Origin: Trypanosoma brucei
Taxonomy: Eukaryota
Direction: 5' to 3'
Length of the DNA stretch: 64,000 nucleotides
Assembly (NCBI GenBank): GCA_000002445.1
Contig: CP000068.1
Location: 1,056,001-1,120,000 of the forward strand
Part shown: positions 22,556 through 32,704 of the stretch, piece by piece
How positions within the stretch are numbered: position 1 is the first letter of the stretch
Layout of the letters: the number at the start of each line of letters is the position of its first letter
Position numbers and translations under genes: made by a program
The notes under the pieces: generated by a model
What the model was told of the DNA's origin: nothing
What the model saw: the letters and a program-made list of their open reading frames with translations, nothing else
The model's database searches: none

Positions 22556-23336
22556 GTATGGCTTCTGCACCTTTCGAAAACACAAGATATCGGGAAATGA
22601 TGTTTATAATAGTCACTGTTATTATCACGGATAAACGAGGAGTTTCGCACTTTCCTGAACAAGAGCAAATAAGACGCGGGTGCAAAGCGTTAAAATAAAT
22701 AACACAAAAAAGCCGCACTGAACAAAGGATTATCATTATTAATAATAAACTAAGGGGTTCGTTTCGCTTCATGATTTGAGAAGGTTCAAGTAATCGAAAC
22801 AATAATGTGTATGGTGTAAGTATTTGGTCGTGTGCGCACCCCAAGATCTTCACTACATACGTCCTGGAAAAAAAAAAAGCTGACGAAGAACACGAACCTC
22901 ACTAAGTACCAGGGGGAAAAAAAAACGTCGAGTTGTGGGACGATAACTATCTCACTAATGATGACTGTGGCACTTGATATGGGGTCAACAGTGGGAGGAG
23001 GGAAAGAATTCGAAAAACGGTAACTTTCGGCACAACCCACAAATTTTTTTAAATACCACTCTCACACCCACAGACATCCGATGAACAACAACAAACTGAA
23101 AGGTCCAAAGCGGTTCGCACATAAGTGATTCTCCCTGGTTAGAAAAGCAGAGGTACATCAATTACTGTCACCTAAAATGTTAATACCATCGGAAGTTAGT
23201 GATAGCTCTTGGATGGGAATACGGTAGGGCACCCGCAAGACCTTTACCGCTTCTTCTACTTCAAACACCGACTTTCCCTCGCTCCTTCAATTCATAAATG
23301 GTACTCATCGTCTTCATTCATCACACCACCTGTCCC

Positions 23337-24923
23337 CTAACCGCTAAGTTGCAGCTGCAGGGAGTCATCAAGTGCAGTTAGTAGTTCCGGATAGCGCCAC
23401 CTTGCATATGCAAGTTGAATGGAAGAGATTAGTTCTGACCACCATGCGCGAAGCATTAGCAGTAACACGTACCATTGAGATCTATCCTCATTGCAAATTC
23501 TTGCCGAGTAACGAAGCATCCGCAAAGGCCTGTTTACAGGATCATTCAGTACCTTGTTTATCGCCTTTGCTGCCATGATGTTCCGCAAGACTAACGAGTA
23601 CTCTTTGGGAAGTTCATAAACTATTTCGTTGATCTTGTCCATCTGGTTTCGCATTTGATCTTGCATAAGTCCCTTCGTCATTTTTGTCATCACGCGCCCC
23701 TCCGCGGTAAACAATTCATACGGGTGCTGTAAGAAACAAGAGGCAAGTAATGCGTAGTCCTCAATACCAAACTTTTCGGATATCCTTTTCAGTGTCGCGG
23801 TGTCATGTGTCACGGAGGAGGTCCAAATAGTAGCCAAATCCCTCCGCATTTCATCCGTTAACTCCGTACAGAGGCCGAAATCTAATAGAACTACCTGCGG
23901 TTTCCCGTTCGGTAGACGATGCACTAAAATATTCCCCGCGTGCGGATCACCATGTACGAAGCCCGAAACAAATAGCTGATACGAGAGTGCGTCATAGAGC
24001 CATGATGCAACCATCTTGGGTTCAATACCCAACTCCATTAGCCTACTTATATCTGTTATCCTCGCAGCGTCTTTGATCAGGCGCGTCGTCAGAACTCGAC
24101 GGGTGGAATATAATCGCAGCACCTCGGGGGTAACAACACGGTCCCCGAATCCACCGGCTTTTAGATCCCGTGCGCCCCGCTCGCAGTTGTCCGCTTCTAG
24201 TGCAAAATCTAACTCGTTCCCAACGGTTTTGTTAAGCTTGGAAACAATTCCTGAGAGATCATAACCACGAAAGAAGAACCCAGCAATATTCAGCATGAGT
24301 TGGATCGTGCGCATATCACCTTTAAAGCGCTGCGCGATGTCTATGTACTGAACCTTTACCGCAACATCGATACCCTCCTTCCTGAGTTTCCCTCGGTGCA
24401 CTTGCGCAAGGGAAGCGGCGGCAAGTGGTTTGGGATCAATCACTTCGAATATTTCGTCAACAGGCCTGTCGAGATCGTGCTCCAACACCGCCATCACCTC
24501 CGTAAAGGGCCGCTTGGCCACGTTGTCTTGCAACACCGCCATCACCGAGCAGTACTGCGGGGGTAGGACATGGTTCAGATTAGCGAAAACCTGCCCTACC
24601 TTCACATAAAGGCCACCGTTTGTCTCAGCAAGTTTCACTAAACGGGAGGCGCTGCGAAGGTGAACCTCATTCCACCTCTCTTGATCCTCCACGCCATGAA
24701 GACTCCACGCGTAGTCAACGAAGATGCACCCGCTAACATATGCACAGCGAAACACGCGGCCGACGCCATCCAACAGCACGCGGGAAGGCAGCAGCGGAGC
24801 TGGAACATATTCCAATGGGGGAACCATTAGCAGTGATGTTGCCACGGCAGCGCTTCCCACGGTTAAGGAAACACAACGGCGAGGGGACCGACGAGTAAAA
24901 CGACGAATTGTGCGCCAAGCCAT
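23337..24923 (-). CDS. ABC1/UbiB-family atypical kinase (ADCK/COQ8-like)
   Basis: AAASLAQVHRGKL, FVHGDPHAGNILV and LLDFGLC motifs. ATG verified at 24923-24921. Confidence 0.8.
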   Translation of the reverse strand: MAWRTIRRFTRRSPRRCVSLTVGSAAVATSLLMVPPLEYVPAPLLPSRVLLDGVGRVFRCAYVSGCIFVDYAWSLHGVEDQERWNEVHLRSASRLVKLAETNGGLYVKVGQVFANLNHVLPPQYCSVMAVLQDNVAKRPFTEVMAVLEHDLDRPVDEIFEVIDPKPLAAASLAQVHRGKLRKEGIDVAVKVQYIDIAQRFKGDMRTIQLMLNIAGFFFRGYDLSGIVSKLNKTVGNELDFALEADNCERGARDLKAGGFGDRVVTPEVLRLYSTRRVLTTRLIKDAARITDISRLMELGIEPKMVASWLYDALSYQLFVSGFVHGDPHAGNILVHRLPNGKPQVVLLDFGLCTELTDEMRRDLATIWTSSVTHDTATLKRISEKFGIEDYALLASCFLQHPYELFTAEGRVMTKMTKGLMQDQMRNQMDKINEIVYELPKEYSLVLRNIMAAKAINKVLNDPVNRPLRMLRYSARICNEDRSQWYVLLLMLRAWWSELISSIQLAYARWRYPELLTALDDSLQLQLSG

Positions 24924-25761
24924 TTATTTCAAAGTTACGTGGCTTAGGGTGAGAAGTTCCACCTTCTTTTTGTGATGACTTTCAATCAGTGTGTGGCGGC
25001 TGCCGGACCCAAGCTTGTAAGAAGAGTGTAGTGAGGAATTCTCCGCTACGATTGTATGACTCGCTCAGACGAGGTCATCGTATCATTAAATATGCAAGTA
25101 TAAACAAAGAGGCACAAAAAGAAAGAGAAATAAATAACCGTTGAGTTTAGCGGATTCATGAACCAATGGTAACACCGTCAAAGCAAGAGGGAAATAGGCG
25201 CGTGCGGATCCCCTCACACGGCTTGACACATTTTAATAATTAGGTTTAGTAGATGTCCAACAAGTGCCATGGGGCACCTCTGTTGGTAGCCCTCATCGCC
25301 ATACAAAGGACAGCGACAGAAATAGGGGGACCGGCCTGTTAGCACCACAAATACGTTAGGGAGTTCCTTTCCGCAGCCCCTGCTCATGGACAAACCATTG
25401 TGCCTTCGTTCGTCGTCCTGCGCCAGCTGGGGTCTCTCTTGGACCGTTTCTCCATCAGATGATGTCACTCTCCCCGCACAAAACTAATAAGGTTAAGTGA
25501 GGCACCGCTTAGAGAACGACGCAACTACATGGGATTGGTCATAAGGTAGGGCACGCAAATAAGCAGAACACTGTTTCGCCCTATAATACAAAGCTGCAAA
25601 CGAACCACCAACCTGATATGCCTATGACGTGAAGCGGTCCTTTATTAGTAAACATGCGTATGCATGATCATCAGCCCCCGTTTGATCGATATTTTCGCTG
25701 CTTCACATATTTTAATCTGCTTTGCAAACTGCCGTACCCCACCAGTCCCTCCTTCCGCGAT

Positions 25762-28152
25762 CTAATCAATTTCTACAACCTCGTCACTATCTTCGTCCCC
25801 GGAGTCGATAAGCACAGGAACAGCGGCTTTGGAAAGGGTACAGCCACCCGCCGGCACATTGGCCTCACCGACAGCATCCCCAGCATCGATAGCTGCGGGA
25901 TCGGCAGTACTAATTGGCATCGCGAGAAGCGAACTCTCGAACTTTAAGGCCTCCTCAAGGCCTTCCACCACTACACCCGACTGTGGTACCTGCTCTTTGA
26001 GTTCTTCGCAATGATGAACTACCACTCGCCACTCTACGTCGTGGTCGAGATCGTCAACAAGAAGATCTAACGGCCTGTGATCATCCTTCATTTGTGATAG
26101 CAAAGGAGTAGAATTTAGGGCTTCATAGTCCCCTTTCTCGTACAAAATGCTTGCACCATGAAAAATTGTCGGCTCGTGCATATTCAAGTGTTGCTGAAGT
26201 ACGCGATGAACAAACAATTCGAACGTTACCTGCTTAGCATTCAAATACACGTCGACAGTTGGGTGACGATCGCGGCACACGAGACACTTATCACTGGCCG
26301 GATTAGGGGGCGCACTGTGAACAAGGTACATGTCTGAAACCCACCGTACCAACCCCAGTTTGCCATTTCCCCCTAAAACGGCGGAAGGATTGGCTGAAAG
26401 GCGACGGCGGCGCACTTGAGGTACTTTTCTAACGTAAATCATCTTCGGTTCAGGCGGTTGATTTCCCCCACGAGACACGAACAGTACACGCACAGCCTGC
26501 TGCACAACACCAGCAGCTATAACAGCATTTGTCGTTGCGATAGCGGGCACAATTGCCCCGGCAATGCTACGGATTTCCTCGACCGACTGCTGAGGTGATA
26601 TATGGAATATTAGAGCACGTAAATTCGACACACCCGCCACAAAATCAACCGCATCATCATCTTCCTTACGAAAGGCAACTCGTTGGCCACGCGAAGCACA
26701 GCGAACAAAAGCATCGACAAAAAGTAAAGCTGTTTCATTCAACGACATTAAACAATCCCGAGTCACTCGCGGGACTACGCCCTGGGGATTATCACACGCC
26801 GCTTTAAGTTGTTCCGCTGCTCCGTGAATAGCTGTGGGTTCAAGGGGGGACGGTGGTTGCGTTGGCCAAGCAGACTTAATGGAAAGGAGTTCCTCAATCT
26901 TCGAAACAAACAAACAACACCCTAGCGAAACCGCTAAGTTGTGCAAATTTAGTTTACCATTTTCTGTGTTGATCCCCTGCCGCTCTTTTTCCTGGTTTAG
27001 GAGATCATCGACGAAGGTTAGTTCATCCCCGGCATCTTGTTGTCCATCGCCGAAGAGACGCTCGTACAGCTCCTTTGCGTAGTGAACGCAATGAACCATA
27101 GTTGTGGGTCGAGCGTGAACTGTACAGACGGCTAGTGTTTGTTTTCCTGAAGCCTTTGGATGACAATCATAGCATTCATAGCGACCATATACAATGGGTT
27201 GAACCTGACCATTGTATCCCATCGTCCCACTCTCAACGAGCGGCACGCCTGCTTGCTTGCACATGCGATTGACACACTGACGAGCACTAACGTTGTCAAG
27301 GGCATTCAGCACAACCGCGAATTGAGCAAAGAACGCTTTACCATAGGCTTCATCCTTGATGTTGGCATGGTGAGCGCGAATGTTGGGAGGTCGCCGTGGG
27401 TTTGCAGGGGTGAACCAGTTCATGATGGCCTGACGTGCAGTGGCACTCTTGGACTGACCAACGTCATCCCTATTAAAAAGGAATTGCCGGTTGAGGTTTG
27501 TTGCGTCAACAGTGTCTAAGTCGAACACGTCGATGTCGCTAAACCCGTAAAGCACGAGAACTTTGAGCAGTTCGCACCCGATGCCTCCAGCGCCGACAAC
27601 GAGGACGCGGCTATCCAATAACACTATGTCTTTATCTGCAGCGTATTGTATATTCGTACCAGGAGTCTTTATCCGTCCTTCAACAGCTACTAGTGCAGTT
27701 GGTGTCGCCGCACACACTACTCTCTTTTCCCAGTACACCGGCAACTCCATGCCACCTACTTCATCAGAGAAGTGAAGTCTCACCTGCGTGAAACTTGGAA
27801 ACCCTGTAGCGTTCTGAATTTCGTCAAAAGTCAGTCCGGCAGGAATACAAACTTCCGTACCGGCGGGAGTGGAAAGTGACAGAGATAGGAATCCCTTAAC
27901 AAATGAAAATGAGACACCCTTACCACCCTCATGCACATGTACGTCAATGAATACATCGTCCACCGAAGTACCGTCAACAGCTTCCCGCAACGCTACGCGG
28001 ACTGCTGCAACAACTGATTCCCGAACAAAACGAGCATCGTCAGCAGCAACGCCCTGCGCGCCCTCACGTTTCACACGCTTCACAGAAACAGTCTGTGCTT
28101 CCTGCGATAGTATCGGCACGGGAAAGACAATATGTCCGACATTAACGTGCAT
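25762..28152 (-). CDS. UBA2: SUMO-activating enzyme large subunit (UBA2/SAE2-like E1) with ~190-aa N-terminal extension
   Basis: ThiF fold: RVLVVGAGGIGCELLKVLVLYGFSDIDVFDLDTVDATNLNRQF. Catalytic-Cys region: KQTLAVCTVHARPTTMVHCVHYAKELYERLFG. Acidic C-terminal tail. ATG verified at 28152-28150, with a polyY(-) tract directly upstream. Confidence 0.8.
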   Translation of the reverse strand: MHVNVGHIVFPVPILSQEAQTVSVKRVKREGAQGVAADDARFVRESVVAAVRVALREAVDGTSVDDVFIDVHVHEGGKGVSFSFVKGFLSLSLSTPAGTEVCIPAGLTFDEIQNATGFPSFTQVRLHFSDEVGGMELPVYWEKRVVCAATPTALVAVEGRIKTPGTNIQYAADKDIVLLDSRVLVVGAGGIGCELLKVLVLYGFSDIDVFDLDTVDATNLNRQFLFNRDDVGQSKSATARQAIMNWFTPANPRRPPNIRAHHANIKDEAYGKAFFAQFAVVLNALDNVSARQCVNRMCKQAGVPLVESGTMGYNGQVQPIVYGRYECYDCHPKASGKQTLAVCTVHARPTTMVHCVHYAKELYERLFGDGQQDAGDELTFVDDLLNQEKERQGINTENGKLNLHNLAVSLGCCLFVSKIEELLSIKSAWPTQPPSPLEPTAIHGAAEQLKAACDNPQGVVPRVTRDCLMSLNETALLFVDAFVRCASRGQRVAFRKEDDDAVDFVAGVSNLRALIFHISPQQSVEEIRSIAGAIVPAIATTNAVIAAGVVQQAVRVLFVSRGGNQPPEPKMIYVRKVPQVRRRRLSANPSAVLGGNGKLGLVRWVSDMYLVHSAPPNPASDKCLVCRDRHPTVDVYLNAKQVTFELFVHRVLQQHLNMHEPTIFHGASILYEKGDYEALNSTPLLSQMKDDHRPLDLLVDDLDHDVEWRVVVHHCEELKEQVPQSGVVVEGLEEALKFESSLLAMPISTADPAAIDAGDAVGEANVPAGGCTLSKAAVPVLIDSGDEDSDEVVEID

Positions 28153-28950
28153 CCTATCGCGATAGCAACACTACCACATGTAAAAAGAAAAAGAAGATGG
28201 GCACACTGATAAAATACATAATAGACAAAAAAAAATGGTCGTCACACACTAATCACAAAGAAATAAAATGATAGTCCCTCCAAGAGTAAAAAAATGCTCT
28301 CAGATTCATCAAAATATAAGGTAAGAGCAAGCCGCCTTCATAGCCAAACCCAAGTGCAAATGTCCATAAGAATGTGCATACGTAAGGCCCACTTCAGTGA
28401 AGGAGCACAACCCGCACAGGCTACAGAAAATAAACAGTGAAAAAGAAGTAACAGAAAAAAATACATCACTCAGAATAAACATAAAAGCGCGGAACAAAAA
28501 AAAATAGCACAAAAATAAGAAGATGCAGATAATTAAAAAAAAAAAGTATGTAAAGTAGTATTGCAATCAACAAAAAGCAAAAAATTAAAAAACAACTATA
28601 ATCAATAGGTAACAACACCCAGTCGAAAGAAAGTAAATATGAAACTAAAATTGTTGAGCCGCACAAATGCTGCATGGCAACTTACCACCTTAACACACAA
28701 ACAAAGAAAGAAAGAAACACGAAAACACATACAAATACGAATACAAGAAATTGTGTATCATATTGTGACAGCCTGCGACATCAAAGTTACAAACACATTA
28801 CCTGTGATAAATTATAACCATATGCTGTTTCCGTCCTAACCATTCCAAATTAAGGGACAAAAAAAAAAGGAGGACATATCCGAAAACGTTTGCCGCAAGA
28901 AATGATCATGTAACGGTGGCAAAAAAAAATAACACACCCAAGTGCAAACT

Positions 28951-30096
28951 CTAAACTTGAATCACAGAAACCCGGTCCATACACTTCCGCTGGCCAGACA
29001 AGGCATGCTGAAATAACGTGTTAGATATCGTTGTTTGATCCACATGATAAAGTGTCAATAATTCATCTCTCACAACCAAAGTAAGAGGAACACTGGCACC
29101 AGGTACAATATCACCTCCAAGAGAGCGGAGACGGGCACATGTGACAAATGTTGCAAAGGGATCTGTGCACAACTGGTGCAGTTGGCAATACCGCCGCATG
29201 TGAATAGTCAAGAGAGTGCTATAACGCCTCCCATTGGCATTTACGCATTCAACTCGAGGACAAGTCTCACTGCTTGCTGCATTGGGGTTCTCCAATTGCT
29301 CCGCATTATACAACATCAAAGGAACAGCAGATTCCCCTGGAGGAGTATCGCTGTCCTCAACACGAGGATCACGGCTTGTGGAGGAAGACATTTCAGTCAC
29401 TGTAGGAGGACAGGGCACGGGAACACAACGCCCCCGCTCACTTGTCATCACCATTGTTCCAAGTGCTGCAGCTTCCTCTTCAGTTACCCAATATTGTGAC
29501 TTGAATCGTGTATAGAAGGGGTGACTCATAAGCACCAGCCGCAGTCTTCGAGAGAAGGGTCGCCCCGTTGCGCAGAGTGGCATGGCCTTCACCGACGCAA
29601 GCGCAACGCATGAATCAGCCTCCGGAGAGTTCGTTTGCTGCAGGTTGTAAAGAACCACGTTAAACATCGAGGTGCTCACTTCAACCCCAACCTCACATTC
29701 CAGCACCGTGTAACCCCCTCGTATATATGATGCATTTGTAGCCCAAACAGGCGATCGGAAACCTCGTAACTCCGCTGCATTCGCAAGTTGTTGTGCCACA
29801 TCGCCTTCATACAATACACCACGAAGGTTCATCGGTTTGTAGTATGATGGTAGAGATCCGACCCTCGTAACCGCAGCACGCTGGGAAGCGGTTTCACCGA
29901 GCAGGTTGTCAAGTGAGTTGCAAATACTTTCATTAATTGAAACTTGAGGATGTGTTGCAACTTCCTCAACAGCACATGCGGGAGTTTCTGATGACATCGC
30001 CAGGGGTTTTAACATTTCTCTCCGTCCTCGAAAAAAGACAGCAGAGTGCCATAAACTCCGTGTAACCAGCATGTGGTGTGGTGCAAACCGTCTCAT
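28951..30096 (-). CDS. Hypothetical protein (381 aa) with presequence-like N-terminus
   Basis: Track start 30120 is TTG. The first ATG at 30096-30094 gives MRRFAPHHMLVTRSLWHSAVFFRGRR. No recognisable domain. Confidence 0.5.
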   Translation of the reverse strand: MRRFAPHHMLVTRSLWHSAVFFRGRREMLKPLAMSSETPACAVEEVATHPQVSINESICNSLDNLLGETASQRAAVTRVGSLPSYYKPMNLRGVLYEGDVAQQLANAAELRGFRSPVWATNASYIRGGYTVLECEVGVEVSTSMFNVVLYNLQQTNSPEADSCVALASVKAMPLCATGRPFSRRLRLVLMSHPFYTRFKSQYWVTEEEAAALGTMVMTSERGRCVPVPCPPTVTEMSSSTSRDPRVEDSDTPPGESAVPLMLYNAEQLENPNAASSETCPRVECVNANGRRYSTLLTIHMRRYCQLHQLCTDPFATFVTCARLRSLGGDIVPGASVPLTLVVRDELLTLYHVDQTTISNTLFQHALSGQRKCMDRVSVIQV

Positions 30097-30525
30097 TGTA
30101 CCAACGGATGTTTGTTTCAAAAGGTGCCCGAGTTTTTTTTTGTTAATAATTATATTTCTTCAAAACAAAAAAAGAAATAAAATGGCAACGCACGTCTCTC
30201 CGTGTAACGACGAACTCCTACTAAGCTCAACGCAACTAACAAAAATTTTAAAAAATAGAAAAAAGAGAGAAGATAATAATGTTAGCATTTAAGAGCGAAA
30301 GGGTTCAACGAGAAAGGAATTTTTAACTGTGGGAATCCGTTCTGTGTATGTCTCGCGCAGTTCTTGTTACGCACAATTTTAGAAGACAGAGGTCAAAAGT
30401 TTTACCTCAACCAAATTTTATGAAAGGGATAAGAACACGACATTCCGTAGGCTGCAACAAACACTGTCACACACACACACACAGAGACAGAGAAACACAC
30501 GTACACTGACAAAATTCACTTAAGT

Positions 30526-32109
30526 CTATCTCCGTTTCTTCTTCTGCACTACGACGGTCGCTCCGGGAGGGCCAGCTGGCTTGGCTTGCTTTGGTGTTGA
30601 CGAGTCTGGCCGCCTCAATAGAGCTGATGCAGCGGCACTGGCATGAGGAGGTCTGTATGGTTGCGGTTTCGCCTGAGCCTCCGTTTTCCGTGGTGAGGCT
30701 GACCGCATCGGATACAAATGCGTCTGTTGGGTCTGGACCCAGTGAGCTCCATAAAGAATTGGGTACTTCTGAGTCAAAAGCTGTTCCCCGTTATTTTTAT
30801 AAAAAACAAGTTTGTTATCGATTCTCAAACGAGTAAATATTATAGCACAGAGAAAGATGTGTGAGTCTGGTGCCCAAAGTTGTACACTGCACTTGTGATT
30901 GAACTCACCCGTCGATACGGCTACGGTGGAAGTCGTTTCGGCGGGGCCACGTCCGTTGCTCCCACTTGATGGAGGCCGAACATCGAAGAAGACAAAATCT
31001 CCTGCAAGGTTCCCCGTTCCACCGAGAGTGCAGAAACGGCCATTCGGTGACCACAAAATAACATTCCTCGGTGCTTCACCAAATGTCATCAGCGCAACAC
31101 CCGCTTTGTCGTATAGTGTTGTCTTGTTGACGGGCATCTTGCCGTGCACGACCATAAGCTCGTCAACTGTCGGGCTCCATTGACAATCATGAACTGATTC
31201 CCCGCTAGGGAACTTTATCTGTTTTATCTTCCGCCCGCCTACGTCAACGAGATAAAGTAACACCGTACCATAGTAGCTTTTCCCGCTTGCGTCTCTCTCA
31301 GACTTCACGAGCACTGCCAGATGATTTCCCGAACCACTCCACAACAACGTTGCTGACTCCGCCCGGCCGAATGTTGCCTGAAACATTGCTCCGTCCCCCA
31401 AATTAGGCAGTCTGTATATAAAGAGGGTTCCCTGAGTTTGTTTGTGAAACGGTTTGAACAAAGCAAGAATGGGCATGCTGCTGGGGCACATTGACAACTC
31501 AATCTCTTTATCCTGAGGTAGTTGTAGGTCCAACTTGGAAAGTGCGGCCGCGTCCTCACTGAGCAGGTTACCATTCAACACGTGAAGGCACCCCTGTACT
31601 GGTCGGACGCAGTACAGATCCTGTTGGGTCCAGACCATCCCCGGCCAGCGGGCTTGCATACAGCGACGCAAAAGTTGCCCCGTGGCAGCATTGTAGAGCG
31701 CCATATTCCCCTCCGGTCGCTTGCTGTCCATCACAGAGTATGTAACAAGCACTGCGCCGGTGGCGGAGAAGGACAGCGCCACTGTGTTTCGTTCTTCCAC
31801 TTCAAAGATAAGATTCAGCTGCCACGAATGGTTTTCCGATGGAGTGACATCATTGACTGATTTCCCCACGGGTACCACCTCGCTGTAGCGCACGTGAGTC
31901 GCAGTGGCGTGGGCAAACGCGGTGGAGCGAGCAGGGTTAAAGCACACTTCGCACTCACGATAATCACCTGTCATGGAACTGCTTTCGATCTCAATCAACT
32001 CTTGTTTCTTCTCGGAGAACAAAGCGAGCAGAAGGCTGTTGTCCTTCCGGAGGATGAGTGGGAGCAATGGTACACCCACCAACGAAGTATCGGACACATT
32101 CGACTCCAT
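30526..32109 (-). CDS. eIF2A-like WD-repeat protein (translation initiation factor 2A family)
   Basis: eIF2A-domain signatures: ILWSPNGRFCTLGGTGNLAGDFVFFD, and ...TTLYDKAGVALMTFGEAPRNV. C-terminal basic KKKRR tail. Track start 32112 is TTG. ATG at 32109-32107. Confidence 0.6.
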   Translation of the reverse strand: MESNVSDTSLVGVPLLPLILRKDNSLLLALFSEKKQELIEIESSSMTGDYRECEVCFNPARSTAFAHATATHVRYSEVVPVGKSVNDVTPSENHSWQLNLIFEVEERNTVALSFSATGAVLVTYSVMDSKRPEGNMALYNAATGQLLRRCMQARWPGMVWTQQDLYCVRPVQGCLHVLNGNLLSEDAAALSKLDLQLPQDKEIELSMCPSSMPILALFKPFHKQTQGTLFIYRLPNLGDGAMFQATFGRAESATLLWSGSGNHLAVLVKSERDASGKSYYGTVLLYLVDVGGRKIKQIKFPSGESVHDCQWSPTVDELMVVHGKMPVNKTTLYDKAGVALMTFGEAPRNVILWSPNGRFCTLGGTGNLAGDFVFFDVRPPSSGSNGRGPAETTSTVAVSTGEFNHKCSVQLWAPDSHIFLCAIIFTRLRIDNKLVFYKNNGEQLLTQKYPILYGAHWVQTQQTHLYPMRSASPRKTEAQAKPQPYRPPHASAAASALLRRPDSSTPKQAKPAGPPGATVVVQKKKRR

Positions 32110-32199
32110 CAAGTATGAAAAAGGTTAATGAAGCAGCAATGACAATCTTGCTCGTTCTGATCCCTCTGTCACCTCTCAGTGCGGCGCCCGGTCGAGGTA

Positions 32200-32210
32200 C
32201 CCCCCCCCCC
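32200..32210 (-). repeat. C11 on + strand = G11 in transcript sense, ~90 nt upstream of the eIF2A-like gene ATG
   Basis: Read directly. Confidence 0.95.
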
Positions 32211-32704
32211 TAATCAGAACTCTGCGCGCTAAAGCTTTGGTTCTGTCGCTCTCTCCTGTGCAACAGTCGTGGTGGACCTGTACTATACCGCGCTGCTGCC
32301 TACCTTCTGCCTAATTGTAGACTTACACTCTTAATTGACCTAGACTGGATAGCTCCCTTGCCAAAAAATATGTTTGCTCAAAAAAACAAAAAGACAACTA
32401 AAGAAAAAAAATAATACTAACATCTCAAAACTACGGCACCTGCTACAACAATAAAAACATACGAACGGAAACGAACCAAAACCAGTCGAAGAATCACAAC
32501 CACATCGGGCAATCCAAGTCCCAAACAAATTGTCCTTCACGGAACTCTCTCTATCGGTTCTTTAAAGGACATCACAATCGCATATCCACAAATCTATTTA
32601 AAAGTGTATATTCATATATTGGTTCCTGCCGAATTTATCTCTGGAATCGGCATTCAGTTATCTCTAAACCCGTCGAAGAACTGCTAAAGGTGTTTAACAG
32701 TCCT

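Noticed and set aside
22500-22853. N-terminal 118 residues of track ORF 21708..22853
   Set aside because: The extension reads through a (TA)8 microsatellite and is hydrophobic junk. Start reassigned to the ATG at 22499.
25217-25387. 57-aa ATG-initiated minus ORF (MSRGCGKELPNVFVVLTGRSPYFCRCPLYGDEGYQQRCPMALVGHLL...) between the ABC1 and UBA2 genes
   Set aside because: It is too short and unconserved-looking to call without expression data. The track version starts at GTG. It is only a weak micro-protein candidate.
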